DNA of 64,000 bases from Lama glama (GCA_028534125.1 CM052817.1:94862001-94926000), one strand, 5' to 3'; shown: positions 38,639-50,782, numbered from the stretch's first letter. Numbers and translations: made by a program. Notes: generated from the sequence alone by a model not told the origin.

Positions 38639-39199
38639 GTAAAAAAAAAAAAAAGTCCCCCTTGATGTTAAAATGTTTTAAGTGCCAGGAAAAAGAGTCA
38701 GAATCAGTGAGCTGAGAACTGTCTTTGAGTTGTATCACCTTGGTTAAATATTTCACTTTTACTATCAGCGCCTGCATTTATAAGGTGAAGGGGAATTCAG
38801 TAAACATGCTGATGTAATATTTTTGAAAGTCGCTGTACCGAGATGTCCTATAACGAGCTCCCGCTGCCTAGTCTGGTCAGCAGCTGCGGCTCGGCCGCCC
38901 TGGCGGCCACGCTGCCTTCAACACAGCACCGTCCAGCCGAGCTTTTGGGGGGCATTAAACACGTGGATTGGCCAAAAAAATTTAGAGGACGGATGCAGAA
39001 ACAGGGCGCCACTGATGCTGCAGCCTCTGGGCACCCTTGAGCCTTGTCTGAAACCAAACTTCCCTCGGTTTCATTTCCCACGATATGGAATTTGGAACTT
39101 CAGTAATTTTGTCTCGAATGGTGGGGAGGGGGAGTTCTTTCATCCGTAGAGCAATACAACAGAAACGGAAAGCACTTACGTGGTCCTCCGATTCCTCAG

Positions 39200-39343
39200 T
39201 GACTTCACGGGTTCTGTGCTGCGGCTGGACGTGGACGCAGACGTGTGCCACGTGCCTTATTCCATCCCCAGGAGCAACCCGCATTTCAACAGCACCAACC
39301 AGCCCCCCGAAGTGTTTGCCCACGGCCTCCACGACCCCGGCAG
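39200..39343 (+). CDS. HHIP: HHIP exon 7 (144 nt, phase 2-2): DFTGSVLRLDVDADVCHVPYSIPRSNPHFNSTNQPPEVFAHGLHDPG(R)
   Basis: Acceptor attcctcag|, donor |gtgaga. YSIPRSNP and EVFAHGLHDP motifs; NST sequon. Confidence 0.97.
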
Positions 39344-39639
39344 GTGAGACAAGCCTGTCCTCTCTCCTTCCCAACAGGGATTCGGAAAGGGGTGGGGTGG
39401 GGGGAGGGAGAGGGTTTCTGAGCCCACAGCAGCCGAGAGTGGTGTCCAAGGTTGTGTCTCTAAAACACACCAGGTCATTATCTCACCCAGTATTTTGCCC
39501 TCTGTCTGCTAGTAATGTGTGAAGCAGATTGAGAAGGCAGATCAGACAGGGAAGAGGACAATTTCATGGAGGAAAAAATCGCCTTAGCATTTTGGAGGGC
39601 TGTTATTAGATAAACACTGTTGGACCAATGTCATGATTA

Positions 39640-39845
39640 AGACAAATCGAAACAATTCTGAGAGATAATGAACCTTGAATTTGTCTCCTTCAATCCTTCT
39701 AAATGTTAATTTTCTTATACATGAAATGGGGCTATTAATAGCCACCTGGCAAGGATGCTGTAATGATTAAATACAAATCTGTAAGTGAAGCACCAAGTAG
39801 AGTGTCTGACATACCTGGTAGATAAATTATAGTTCTTATTATCAT
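39640..39845 (+). mobile_element. MIR SINE fragment
   Basis: tgaaatggggctattaatagccacct...gattaaat...gtgaagcacc...gtgtctgacata. Confidence 0.6.
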
Positions 39846-40001
39846 AGCTTCACTTAATGTATTTCTCAGTGTCATTTGTAAGGAGTTGAGCTAAATGTTA
39901 ACCTTGTTTTCTTGAAAAAAAAATTACGAATACCAGAGGAATTCAGATTGACTGTTTACCACAATGAATCACAAAGAAAGGACCACTGAGAAGTATGTGC
40001 A

Positions 40002-40233
40002 GGGGTGGGGTGGGGAGTTTGGGATTAACAGATACAAACCACTATATACAGAATCGATAGACAGTGACCTACTGTACAGCACAGGGAACTATATTCAGTA
40101 TTTTATAATAACCTATAATGGAAAAGAATTTGAAAAAGAACATATATGTATAACTGAATCACTACCTTGTACACCAGAAATGAACACCACATTGTAAATC
40201 AACTATACTTCAATTTTTAAAAAGTTAACAAAA
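40002..40233 (+). mobile_element. 5'-truncated L1 3' end (artiodactyl/camelid type)
   Basis: ggagtttgggattaacagataca...gcacagggaactatattca...aatcaactatacttcaat. TSD agaagtatgt at 39989-39998 and 40234-40243. Confidence 0.9.
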
Positions 40234-41029
40234 AGAAGTATGTAGAGTGAGAAATTTGGTATACACTTGAAAAATGCTAGGAAGTATATAGCACAGCAAT
40301 TCTGTGATGAAAATTTCATCCAATCTGTGGTCTGTTATTCATACTAAGGGGTATCTGGCCACATTTATTCATTTACTAGTTAAGTTATTTTTGCTATTTA
40401 ATGTTTATTGCGTGTTCACTACGTGCAAGGTGAGTATTTCTCAAACTTTTTATTTTTATAATCCCTCCTGCCCTTCATCTCCCCTCCATCAAAGTCCAAG
40501 TCTACAGTTCATTTCCTTTTTGGCATCTCGGCAGACCTTAAAATCTGTGCGACAGGGAATACTTAAGGTGGGTTCAGGATGTGGAGGAAACTGTCACATT
40601 CCATTCCTATAGCTCAGAACGTGCGGATACCACCAGAAAGCAGCACTTTGAAGTCGAGCAGCCTGAGTCACCACAATCCCACTGCAGCCTTCATGCCACC
40701 TTCCCGGGGGGTCCCGGGCCCTCAGTGTAAAAACACAGGGTGAGGTGCTTTACAGCCCTTTCGTGTGGTGAGATGCCTGAGCTGTGGAGTCTTACCTCCT
40801 CGGGCGGTGGAGGGCTGACGGAACAGCCTGCCTCCCTCCAAGAGTATTTCAAGCAGAGGAGGATTTAATAAAGCAGAAAAGAAACAAAAATCATTATTGG
40901 CTAAAAGCAAAGCTGGCTTGTATTAAGCACCTTGGTGCAGAGTAGTTAACCGAGTGTGTCATGCACGACAATTTACTGATATCATTCAGCAGCATTCTAA
41001 GGTAGCTGGCATCAGTCACCCCCCCTCCT

Positions 41030-41332
41030 TTTTTTCAAAGACTTTAATTTTTAGATCAGTTTGAAGTTCACAGCAAAACTGAGCAGAAAGCACAGAGATT
41101 TACTGTGTACCCCTTGTCCCCACACATGCAAAGCCTTCCCCATTATCAATACCTAGGCTCCCCGAGTGAAACATTTGTTACAATTGAGGACCCTACACTG
41201 ACACGTCATTACCCCCCAAAGACCATAGTTTATAGTAGGGTTCCTTCTTGGTGTCGGACGGCCTATGGGTTTGGACACGTGTAATGACATGGATCCACCA
41301 TCATAGTATCATACAGAGAAGTTTTGCTGCCT
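41030..41332 (-). mobile_element. Old L1 (L1MC/MB-type) 3' end
   Basis: gttcacagcaaaactgagcagaaag.acagagattt...acatttgttacaattga...ccatagttta...atccaccatcatagtatcatacaga. Confidence 0.85.
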
Positions 41333-41905
41333 GGGCTCTTTTTTATAGAAGAAATTAAAGGTTAAGAGGGCCAAGTGGTTCTTAGTGGATTTGGTATTCA
41401 GCCAGAGCTAGACCTCATGGCCTCCAGCAGCTCCACCTCTAGGAGACCTGGCCTTTTCTTTCAGATTTGCTCTTTCTTGTTAGAAACAGGTCAAACCTTT
41501 TTGGTCATACTTTCTCCATCTTCAAAAGAAGGGAAATACAGAAAAAATTTCTCACCTTGGATGGACTTAGTTCCGCCTTAAGTCACAGCCGGTCTGTGTC
41601 TTGATCCCTGCCAGACACTGTATTCTGTGAATTTTTGAATTAATGAGACAGTGAAGGGACTGTGGCCACAGAACAAATAACCCACCTTTCACAGATCAGG
41701 CTTATAGTTTCCCTAATATGAATGGGAGCATCCAGCACCAAAAGGATTTCTCTCATTGTTGCTCTTGCTTAAATAATTGCTGCATATGACTTACATGTCT
41801 CTTAAGCCCCATGACCTACTCTCAGATTTTTATTTTAATTTTTAAATTTATTTAATAGTCCCAATGATTTTGTTTTTGTCATTCATGTATTCTGTTGGCC
41901 TGAAA

Positions 41906-42128
41906 CAGTGATTCTCAATGATGATTTTCCCCCAGAGGACACTTAGCAATGTCTTAGAAGCATTCTGGGTTTTCCTAAATTGGAAGGAGATCACGCTACT
42001 CACATCTAGAGGGTGGAGGCCAGAGATGCTGCTCAACATCCTACAGTGCTCAGAACAGCGCCCCCTTCTGCCCAAAAGAAAGAAGTACCTGGCCCAAAAT
42101 GTCTATAACGCCAAGCTTAAGAAACCTA
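41906..42128. mobile_element. hAT-Charlie MITE MER20-like
   Basis: cagtgattctcaa...catctagagggtggaggccagagatgctgctcaacatcctaca...ggcccaaaatgtc...agaaacc. Confidence 0.88.
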
Positions 42129-42525
42129 AACAACAATGCAAGACTTTTCCAAATTTGTGAGAACACAAAAATATTCAACCTCATTCTTTGCCCAACCCAA
42201 ACTCCCCATGCCTACTCCCTCACTGATTTAAAGAATCAACAAATATTGAGCCCCTCTAATATTATATAATACAGTGATAAAGAAGTTGGAAGTGGTTCCC
42301 TTCCTCATGGAATTTACATTCAGTGGCTTAAGCCACAGACATATTCTGGCCCCAGATTACAGGTAAACATGAAGTCAGAGTTCACATGAAGACCTCAGTG
42401 GTTGTGGGGACCAGCTTAATTTTATTCCTTGAATTGGAGTGCATGCTTTCCTTTGTTAGAGCAGCCTGAGCTTCAGAATGTAGTGATTCTATGTAAGAAA
42501 TATAAAACTAATGCTATAACTAACA

Positions 42526-42995
42526 CAGATCTTCCTTGACTTACAATGGTGTTCTGTCCCAATGAAATCAGAATAAGCTGAAGATACCTTAAGTCAAAAA
42601 TACACTTAATGCACCTCACCTACCGAGCATCATAGCTTAGCCTAGCCCACCGTAAATGTGCTCAGAGCATTTACATTAGCCTAGAGAGGTGCAAAATCTT
42701 CTAACACAGAGCGTATTCGATGTTGACTATCTCATGTCATTTATTGAATACTGTACTGAAAGTGGAAAACAGGATAGCTGTAGGGATACAGAATGGTTGT
42801 CAGTGTATTGGTTGTTTACCCTTGTGATCATACTGCTGACCGGGAGCTGCCCAGCATCATGAGAGAGCAATGTACTGCACGCATGTCGCTAGCCCGGGGG
42901 AAAATCAAAGTTCAAAACTGGACATGCAGTTCCTACAGCATGTGTTTCTTTCACACCATCCTAGTGCTGAATCATCATAAGTTGGGGACCACATG
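42526..42995 (+). mobile_element. Tigger5/MER47-family MITE
   Basis: cagatc.tccttgacttacaatgg...catcatagcttagcctagcc...ttattgaatactgtactgaaagtg...cataagttggggacc. Confidence 0.85.
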
Positions 42996-43353
42996 TCCTA
43001 CAGTGTGTGTTGCAGATGTGAGTCAATGATGCCACTGATTCTTACACTTGCCAGACTATTATACATGGGGTATTCCTTAACAACAGACTAGCAAATGTTT
43101 TAAGTCAGTGTGCACATTCATCATGGAGAGAGATACCAAGAGAAATTAAGAAATATACTCCAGAGATCATTAAACTGCAGCAGAGTAAACAAACACGTCA
43201 GGATGTTTCCTTCGGCGGTTTCTACAGGATCCAAACTAAATAGCCCATAGGAGCCTTGCCAAGCCCACAGGGGGTTCCTGTGTCAGGAATCTCTAGTCTG
43301 AGCTTGAAAGATACCCTGGGAGGAATTCACGGGTGTCCCCCCTTTTCTTGCAG

Positions 43354-43475
43354 ATGTGCTGTAGATCGACATCCCACTGATATAAACATCAATTTAACAA
43401 TACTTTGCTCAGACTCCAATGGGAAGAACAGATCAATAGCCAGAATCCTACAGATAATAAAGGGGAAAGATTATG
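43354..43475 (+). CDS. HHIP: HHIP exon 8 (122 nt, phase 2-1): CAVDRHPTDININLTILCSDSNGKNRSIARILQIIKGKDY(E)
   Basis: Acceptor ccttttcttgcag|, donor |gtaagt. Lies inside ORF 43256..43483. NLT and NRS sequons. Confidence 0.97.
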
Positions 43476-44082
43476 GTAAGTAGAGCATAATTTGTTGATT
43501 TGGCTTTAGTTCCGTCTTTGTTTTATTTTAGTGTATTAATTGAAGAGAAAGGGATTTCTGCAAAATGGGCATTTGGGAAGGCCTCAAAACACTAGCCTTA
43601 CAGTGGTGCGGTAGTCAACTGCTCCCCTCTTAAAGGTCCAGTGACTCTTACAAGCCCTAGGGGTTCCATTGGGGTAATTACCTTTCCCATGGATTGAATG
43701 GTGCTCTGTGGGTCCAAAAAATTTAATGGACCTTCAGAAGTTAGCAGTTTATATTTTGCTCATCTGAAAATCAAGATGAATACCTTCTATTTATTTAACA
43801 TGTAAGGGAGAACTTGTCTTAACATCTTATACACAGAGGAAAAAAGAAGTGTTAAAGGTAAGAAATTTCTCAATACCCAACGTGCTAGTCTCAGCAATTA
43901 GGAAAATCATGCGTTTCAAATAAGAAAGTAATTTTTAAAGGTGTTTATTTTAGAGAAAACAAAGTAATAGGCTTGTAAAAACACGTTATTTACCCAAGTC
44001 ATGAAGATGGAATGTTTAGACCTTATTTTTAATAACATGATTACTAGAGTATTTAGCCATACATATTAAAATATAAAGTTAA

Positions 44083-44380
44083 CTCACAGACAGAAAACAC
44101 ACTTATGGCTCCCGGAGGGAAACAACGTGGGAAGGGACAAATTGGGAGTTAGAAATCTGCACATACTAACTAATATGTATAAAATAGATAAATTACAAGT
44201 TCATACTGTATAGCACAGGGAACCGTGTTCAATGTCTTGTAGTAACTTATGGTGAAGAAGAATGTGAAAATGAATATATATACATTCATGTGTGACTGAA
44301 GCATTGTGCTGTACACCAGAAATTGACACAACATTGTCAACTGACTATACTTCAATAAAAATATATATACAAGAAAAAAT
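44083..44380 (+). mobile_element. 5'-truncated L1 3' end (camelid type)
   Basis: ctcacagacagaaaac...ctgtatagcacagggaac...gactatacttcaataaaaa. TSD atataaagttaa at 44071-44082 and 44389-44400. Confidence 0.9.
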
Positions 44381-44809
44381 TTAAATATATATAAAGTTAA
44401 TATTTTTTAGTGTTTTTGTATTTACTCTTTTTGGAGGACACAGTAAATCAAATATGATGATTCAGGGAACATTGTAGATTAAGATTATTAAATTGATTGC
44501 TTCTTCTATTTATTCATTCAATACAGATATTTATTTAGTACCAGGAATGAAGCAGCTGTGTTGGTTCATGTGGTATTCAGTTATTTTACTCTATTTTTTT
44601 TCAGGTATTCATGTATGTGTGTGTGCATCTTATAAAAGCCAAAGCAAAGAATAATGTGGTTAGAAAAAAAATCTAATGAGTCACTAGCTTGATGGAATTT
44701 TGGCTATATTTGTAGATTAAACTAAATTCTACAATCACATTAATTGGGGTGCAGCTGAAACTGGTTACAATATTGCCAGCCCTACATTTATGTATTAAAA
44801 ATATAGCCA

Positions 44810-44912
44810 CAGAATCCTTTTACAATGTATATGTATATCAAATTGCCATGATGTACACTTTAAATATCTTACAATTTTATTTGTTAATTATACCTCAGTA
44901 AAGCTGAAAAAA
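44810..44912 (+). mobile_element. Old L1 (L1MB-type) 3' tip
   Basis: acaatgtatatgtatatcaaa...tgtacactttaaatat...aattatacctcagtaaagctgaaaaaa. Confidence 0.75.
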
Positions 44913-44934
44913 TCCCAAAACCAAATAACCACAT

Positions 44935-45170
44935 CCACAGCGCTTACTACATGCCAGCCCCTGTAGTAAGCACTTTATAAATTTCACTCATTTCATTTAC
45001 AGGAAAACCCTATGTGATAGGCATGGTTATTGCCCACATTGTACAGATGAGGAAACTGAGACACAGAAAAGTTAACTGTCCCACAACATAGAGTGACAGG
45101 ACCTGGATTTGAACCCAGGCAGCCTGACTCCAGAGTTCATGATCTTACTCATTCAATTATGCTGCCTCTC
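44935..45170 (-). mobile_element. MIR SINE, near full length
   Basis: acagatgaggaaactgagacacagaaaagttaa...ggatttgaacccaggcagcctgactccagag. Confidence 0.88.
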
Positions 45171-46053
45171 AGTATACTGGTTGTTTAAAACTTATCTTTT
45201 CTACTTTTTATAATATCATATTCACCGTAATCACATGGGGAGGGGGAAGGACTTTAAAATGACTGTCTGTCCACAAGAGCTTTTGCCTAAAATACTTCCT
45301 GTTGATAGCAACTTATTCAAGTATGTAGTAAGTAATTTTCAGGTTAATTTGCAGCTGGCTTTATATCTTTTCCATTGCAATTGGCATATTTGTATTCAAG
45401 TCCATAGTGACATGCATGGAAAGACTGAGTTACATGGCTCTACTGGAATAGATTCTGTTAACCACAAGACTTGATAAACAAAACTTTTAAAACATTGTAA
45501 GTGAAGATATTACTTGACTAAGTGACAGTGTTTTAAAGTATGGAACAAATGTCACTTTGAAAATCTTTTATTTACCATACCTTTATTTTCATTGTGGTGT
45601 GAACATTTAAACAGTTTTATATAGCTTGACAAGAGGTCTGGCTCAGTTTGCTAGGTATATGCAGATGCATTTCTACAAAAAATTAAATATTAGTAAAATT
45701 AAGTATTATTTTTGTATATTTTAATTCTAAAGTAAATAACCATGATTTCCAAAAATATCCAGATTCTAATTTCATTGAAAATTTGGTATGTCTTGGCAGT
45801 TATAATAACAAGAATTGACAGTGCAGTCCTATTTCATTCCACTATACATGGAAGGCCCTTTAAATGTTATATTTAAGCAAAAGGAGTAATTATTTTCACT
45901 AAATATTTGTAACAAGGATCCATCTTATGGAGCAAGGAACACATTTCTGAGTTAAAGTAAATTACTGTAATAATTGTTGTGTGGCCTAACATTGCTTTTC
46001 ATTTATGAAAAATGTGTTTCATTTGATCTAATGTTATGTTTATTTATTTCCAG

Positions 46054-46177
46054 AAAGTGAGCCATCACTTTTAGAATTCAAGCCGTTCAGTAATGGTCCT
46101 TTGGTGGGCGGATTTGTTTACCGAGGGTGCCAGTCTGAAAGGCTGTATGGCAGCTACGTGTTTGGAGACCGAAATGG
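46054..46177 (+). CDS. HHIP: HHIP exon 9 (124 nt, phase 1-2): (E)SEPSLLEFKPFSNGPLVGGFVYRGCQSERLYGSYVFGDRN(G)
   Basis: Acceptor tttatttccag|, donor |gtatgt. GGFVYRGC...YGSYVFGD motif. Confidence 0.97.
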
Positions 46178-46803
46178 GTATGTTTCCTGATACCACGAAC
46201 GGCATATCCATTGATGCCTGGACAAACTGCCATAAGATATTCAAATGATTGTCTCCCTTTGGAGGTCAGGTCTGGGACACACACAAACGTTATTATTTAT
46301 TTTTAGTTCCACTAAGTATGATAGTATAATTAAAGAGCTTCCTAAAAGATACTTTTTTTTTTGGTCTTTTTCATTCATTCATTTATTCAGACCTTCGTTG
46401 TAAACATATTTATTGAGTACCCGCTGTATGTCAGGCACTGGTAAAAGATGCTTCTTAAGCAAACTTGATCAAATCCATAAAATGACTTTTGAGAGCAAAA
46501 AAATCTTGAAATGAACATTTCATATTAATTAAACTCTTCCCTTCATCTTTAACATAAATTTACAACGATCACAAGCAATTTGAAAACTATTGTTTTACAT
46601 GAGTTGTATAAAGATTTAAAAAATTATCTGGAAGGCTAAGAAGTTTTGTTTTTGCTAAAGTTTCAGGACTTTAGGCACCAGACTGTAATTTGTCTCCACT
46701 GATAGGAATACTACACGATTAAATTTTAGCCTGAAGTTTGGAGGTCACAGTGTGGATAATAAGAAACTCTGTGATGAACCCCAAAATAAGAATCTTGTTT
46801 CAA

Positions 46804-46947
46804 GGGGTGGGAATAGCAGAGTGCATGCTTAGCACCCACGGGGTCCTGGGTCCAATCCCTAGTACCTCCATTAAAATAAATACATACATACATACATACA
46901 TACATACATTCATTTTGTTTAAAAAAAATTGTAACAGCAACAAAAAA
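46804..46947 (+). mobile_element. Camelid-type tRNA SINE (Vic-1-like) with deleted A box and (TACA)n tail
   Basis: ggggtgggaatagc--agagtgcatgcttagcac...ggtcctgggtccaatccc. TSD gaatcttgtttc at 46790-46801 and 46949-46960. Confidence 0.88.
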
Positions 46948-47375
46948 GGAATCTTGTTTCCCAGATCACTGGCATTCAGGCATATGGCAGAACTAATATA
47001 CTTGGTCACTAAAAGGAGCTAGAAAAGTGTACTGACCCCATGGTCTTCCCTCTGTCCCTCTCTCCCAGCACTGAGTCTAGTCCTGGAGGGGAAGTATCAT
47101 TCTATCATTCTCTGGATGAAGGTGGGGTTTTTTTTTTTCATGCTCAGATACTTTTTAGTACCCCTCTCCAAACAAATACTGTCTTTAAGTACTTTCTCCT
47201 CACATGAGGATTTCAGAGTAGTCACCCACATTCTGGGCTGTATTAATTTTCCCTTTGGAAGCCAGGTCTGTGACACAACAGTTATTTATGATGAGTTTTA
47301 TTTCAAACACTTCATTGTGTTTTTTCAGGCAAAAGCATGTTTTCATCGTAGGTATATGGTATGTTTTTGTTATAG

Positions 47376-47506
47376 GAATTTCTTAACTCTCCAGCAAAGT
47401 CCTGTGAGCAAGCAGTGGCAAGAAAAACCACTCTGTCTTGGCAACGGTGGTTCCTGTCGAGGTTACTTTTCAGGTCACATCCTGGGATTTGGAGAAGACG
47501 AATTAG
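47376..47506 (+). CDS. HHIP: HHIP exon 10 (131 nt, phase 2-1): NFLTLQQSPVSKQWQEKPLCLGNGGSCRGYFSGHILGFGEDEL(G)
   Basis: Acceptor tttttgttatag|, donor |gtactg. Lies inside ORF 47116..47754. FGEDELGE motif completed by exon 11. Confidence 0.96.
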
Positions 47507-49684
47507 GTACTGTACAAACTCTTTCTGTTAAGTTCCATTTTCAAACCTTGCCCAAGAGGCTTTGTTCTGCTCTGAGGAATAAATATAACACTCTCATCCT
47601 CCATTTGCTGGAAATGTCACCTACAGCGAAAGTGACCTACTGGGGAGATTCGAGATGGTTTAGTTCAGTATTCTCTTCCAATGAACTTTCTCTGGGGAGT
47701 CTTAAAATCTTATCTCCACTCCAGAAATATGAAAGTAATAAAGCGGGAAAATGAGAGGCAGGAACAAAAGAGAATTTTTGAGTCCTGAAGAGAGAGAAAA
47801 TTTTAAATGTCTGGATATTTTGATGCAGCTGGGTCATATGTTGATATTCTCCACCTGAAAACCTTTGCACTTATCTGTGTCTCTTGGAATAAATTAAAAA
47901 TTTGTTACAATTTGAATCTCACTTTATCCTTTATTTTCTAATTTTTTTTTCTGCCCATTATGGCATGAAATTTGTGCAAGATAATCTGAGTGTGTAGGTC
48001 TGCTTTCCAAGAGAATGGAAATTATCTTCTCATTGATGATCTTACAGGATAACATACAATTTATTTGTTGGTATATTATCAAAATCTCTGCAGCTTAACA
48101 AGCAAAAAGAAGTTGATGTTGGAATGTTATCCACCAAAGAGTGGAAATGCTACCAATTTTAAATTTCAGAGATAAATGTGGCTTATGAAATGACTTCTTT
48201 TAAAGAACAATATCCAAACAAACTATGGTTATCATGCTCCTTTAGCCTCGGAGATAAATTTCTAGATATTAAGGGAGAATAGCTGTATAGCTGTATTTCC
48301 CACCTAAATCAGAATATTTTCTCTAAACCTGCAGATTTGGCTTCCGATATCAAACAGAGAATTTGTTAGAAATGCCCTATGACATTCACTTAGGTTACCA
48401 AGGGTCTCAGACAAGGTTCCTGAAACAAAACACAGATTTAACAGCCACAGGAATATAATGATTCAGAGAAGTCCAACCTGTCTCTTCCTTGTTCTAGAAC
48501 TGAAAGCATCTTGCAATTAATTTTCCCTTGAAATTCTCCTACGCTATTCAGAGGAACCAGAAAGATGCCCTTTCTCACGTCAATCCTCTGTAATGTAATT
48601 TAAATGTCATTAGCAAACTCTGATTTTAAAATATATGTTAAGATCAAATTGTAGCAGAGTTAGAGATGAGTATTTAGATGTTCTGACTGAAACATTTTGA
48701 TTTCCCCAGACCTTACTACAGATTTTTGCCATCATTCATCTTGTTAGCATCACCCTGACTGGTTAAAATAACCAAACGTCAACCCACACTTAATACAATG
48801 TTGGGAGGAGAACCAAGAAATAAAGCATACACAATTCTTACTATCCAAAAGCAACAACATCATGTATACTTCATAATTTAAAATAAATATACCTCCACTG
48901 AATTACTCTTTAATGCGAAACTCTTTAGCTTTAATTAAGAGCCATATAAGAAAATGAGTTAGATTTTGCATTTTTTTAAAATAAAAGGCATTGAGAATCT
49001 TTTTTTTTATGCATATGGGGGTGTATTTTTAATTATAAAATGAGGATGGGTTTGCTATAAGGGTTAAATGCAGTGAACTACATAAAATACTTGATGAAAT
49101 AAATATGAATTTTTTGCTTACATTCCTTTGCTTTTTAACTTCGTTTTTGTTTTTTTGGTTGTATCTGTATTTTTAATGTAAATTCCATGACATCCTTTCC
49201 AGAAGTAAGAAAACAGTAGGGTTTGCTTAATACACAGTAATAGAGTGGAATAGAGAAATACAGACTAACTCAAGGACTGTTTCATGGATGAGAACCAAAT
49301 ATAAGTTTTAAAGCCTTGTAAACATATAATCACAAATACAGCTTCTAATTCCCTATTCATGTGATCCGTTCTATATAGTGAATTATGTGGAAGTAATGGT
49401 AATAAACAAGAGCGGTTCTCTCCTGACAGCGTGCTCTGTCTGTGGTGGTTCATCATGGGGAACACAGCGTAACACCAAGATCTAGAGGGGTTGAGACTGA
49501 GTACCAGGGTCTCTCTGTCTCTCTCTCCAGATATTTATTTTAATATATTTTGTTCAAAAATTTAACAATTAAAGAGGAGTGCCCAACCCCCTCTGGTATC
49601 AAATGATCAATTAATAGTGACAACTTGGCAACAAAACTTTTCACTCTTGGGTAGAATAAATCACAATAAAACTCACCATTGCAC

Positions 49685-50420
49685 ACTCATTCTACCGATA
49701 TTTATTGAGCACCTGTTCTGTGCATAGCTCTGTTCTAGGAGTTGAGGCTGCGGTAGCAAATAAGACTAAAAAACATTTAAACAGTGGTCATGAAATTTCT
49801 ATCCTAAAGGAGGACAATACAAATATTTTTTTTAAAAAATATGTTGTATGTTAGTTCATACTAAAGTGCTTAGGAGGAAAACCAAGTTGTAAAGAGAGGC
49901 AGAGGTTGCTTGGAATTGGGGAAAATGCACTTTTAAATAGTATGGTCAGGAAAAATGATATTTCAGCACAGACTTGAAAGAGGGAAAAAAATGCAGCTAG
50001 TGGCAGTCCACTGACACACAGGAGCCTGGGGCAGGAACCTCCCTCTAGGTTCAAAGTCAAGAAGCCAGCGAGGTCAGAAAGAGGTGACCGAGGGGGGCAA
50101 AACATTGCAGATGGGGTCAGAACGGTTAGGATGGACACCATAGGTAAAGGCCTATGGTCAGGACTTACCTTTGCTCAGAGAGAGGTAAGAAGGCATCAGA
50201 GGGCATTGAAACAGGAATGTGATCCAGTTTCTATGAGCTAACTTGCCTTTTAAGGAATCTCTGTGGCTGGTATGTTGAGAGTAAACAGAGGCGAGTAAGA
50301 GCAGAAGCAGGGAGCTCCGTCAGGAGGCTGTGGCCGTAATCCAGGTGAGAGATTAATATCTGCTTGCTCTGGAGTAGTAGGAGGATGTGGGGAGAAATGA
50401 CCAGCATCTGGATGCGCTGT
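49685..50420 (-). mobile_element. L2 LINE 3' region
   Basis: atatttattgagcacctgttctgtgc...ttctagg, then later caggaggctgtggccgtaatccaggtgagagat. Confidence 0.75.
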
Positions 50421-50612
50421 GAGGATGGACTTGTGAAACTCCCACCATCTTCAGGCAAGTGATCTTCCTGAGGATGTATGAATATAGCATATATAGACAT
50501 ACACGTACATTTACACATATGTTTTATATATATATATAAAATGTCTACTAGGCAATAGAAAGTAAGGCCCTGTAATATGGCAGATTAACTCACTCTACTT
50601 CTCTCTTCATAG

Positions 50613-50694
50613 GTGAAGTTTACGTTCTATCTAGTAGCAAAAGTATGACCCAGACTCACAATGGAAAACTCTACAAAATTGTGGATCCCAAAAG
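50613..50694 (+). CDS. HHIP: HHIP exon 11 (82 nt, phase 1-2): (G)EVYVLSSSKSMTQTHNGKLYKIVDPK(R)
   Basis: Acceptor cttctctcttcatag|, donor |gtgagt. GKLYKIVDP motif at the end of the propeller. Confidence 0.97.
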
Positions 50695-50782
50695 GTGAGT
50701 TTCTTTTTTTTTTTTACTGTTCCTTTATATCAAAGAATACTCTTCTCCAAGTTATTTTAGTGCATTCAAATTAGTGATAGAG

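Noticed and set aside
38890..38912. CTCF site (reverse complement TGGCCGCCAGGGCGGC)
   Set aside because: Needs an insertion to fit the CCNSNAGRKGGCR core, so it is not supportable without a PWM scan.
38982..39522. 162-aa antisense and 145-aa alternative-frame ORFs over exon 7
   Set aside because: Expected by-products of local high GC. They cross splice sites, start at non-ATG codons in part, and show no domain-like sequence.
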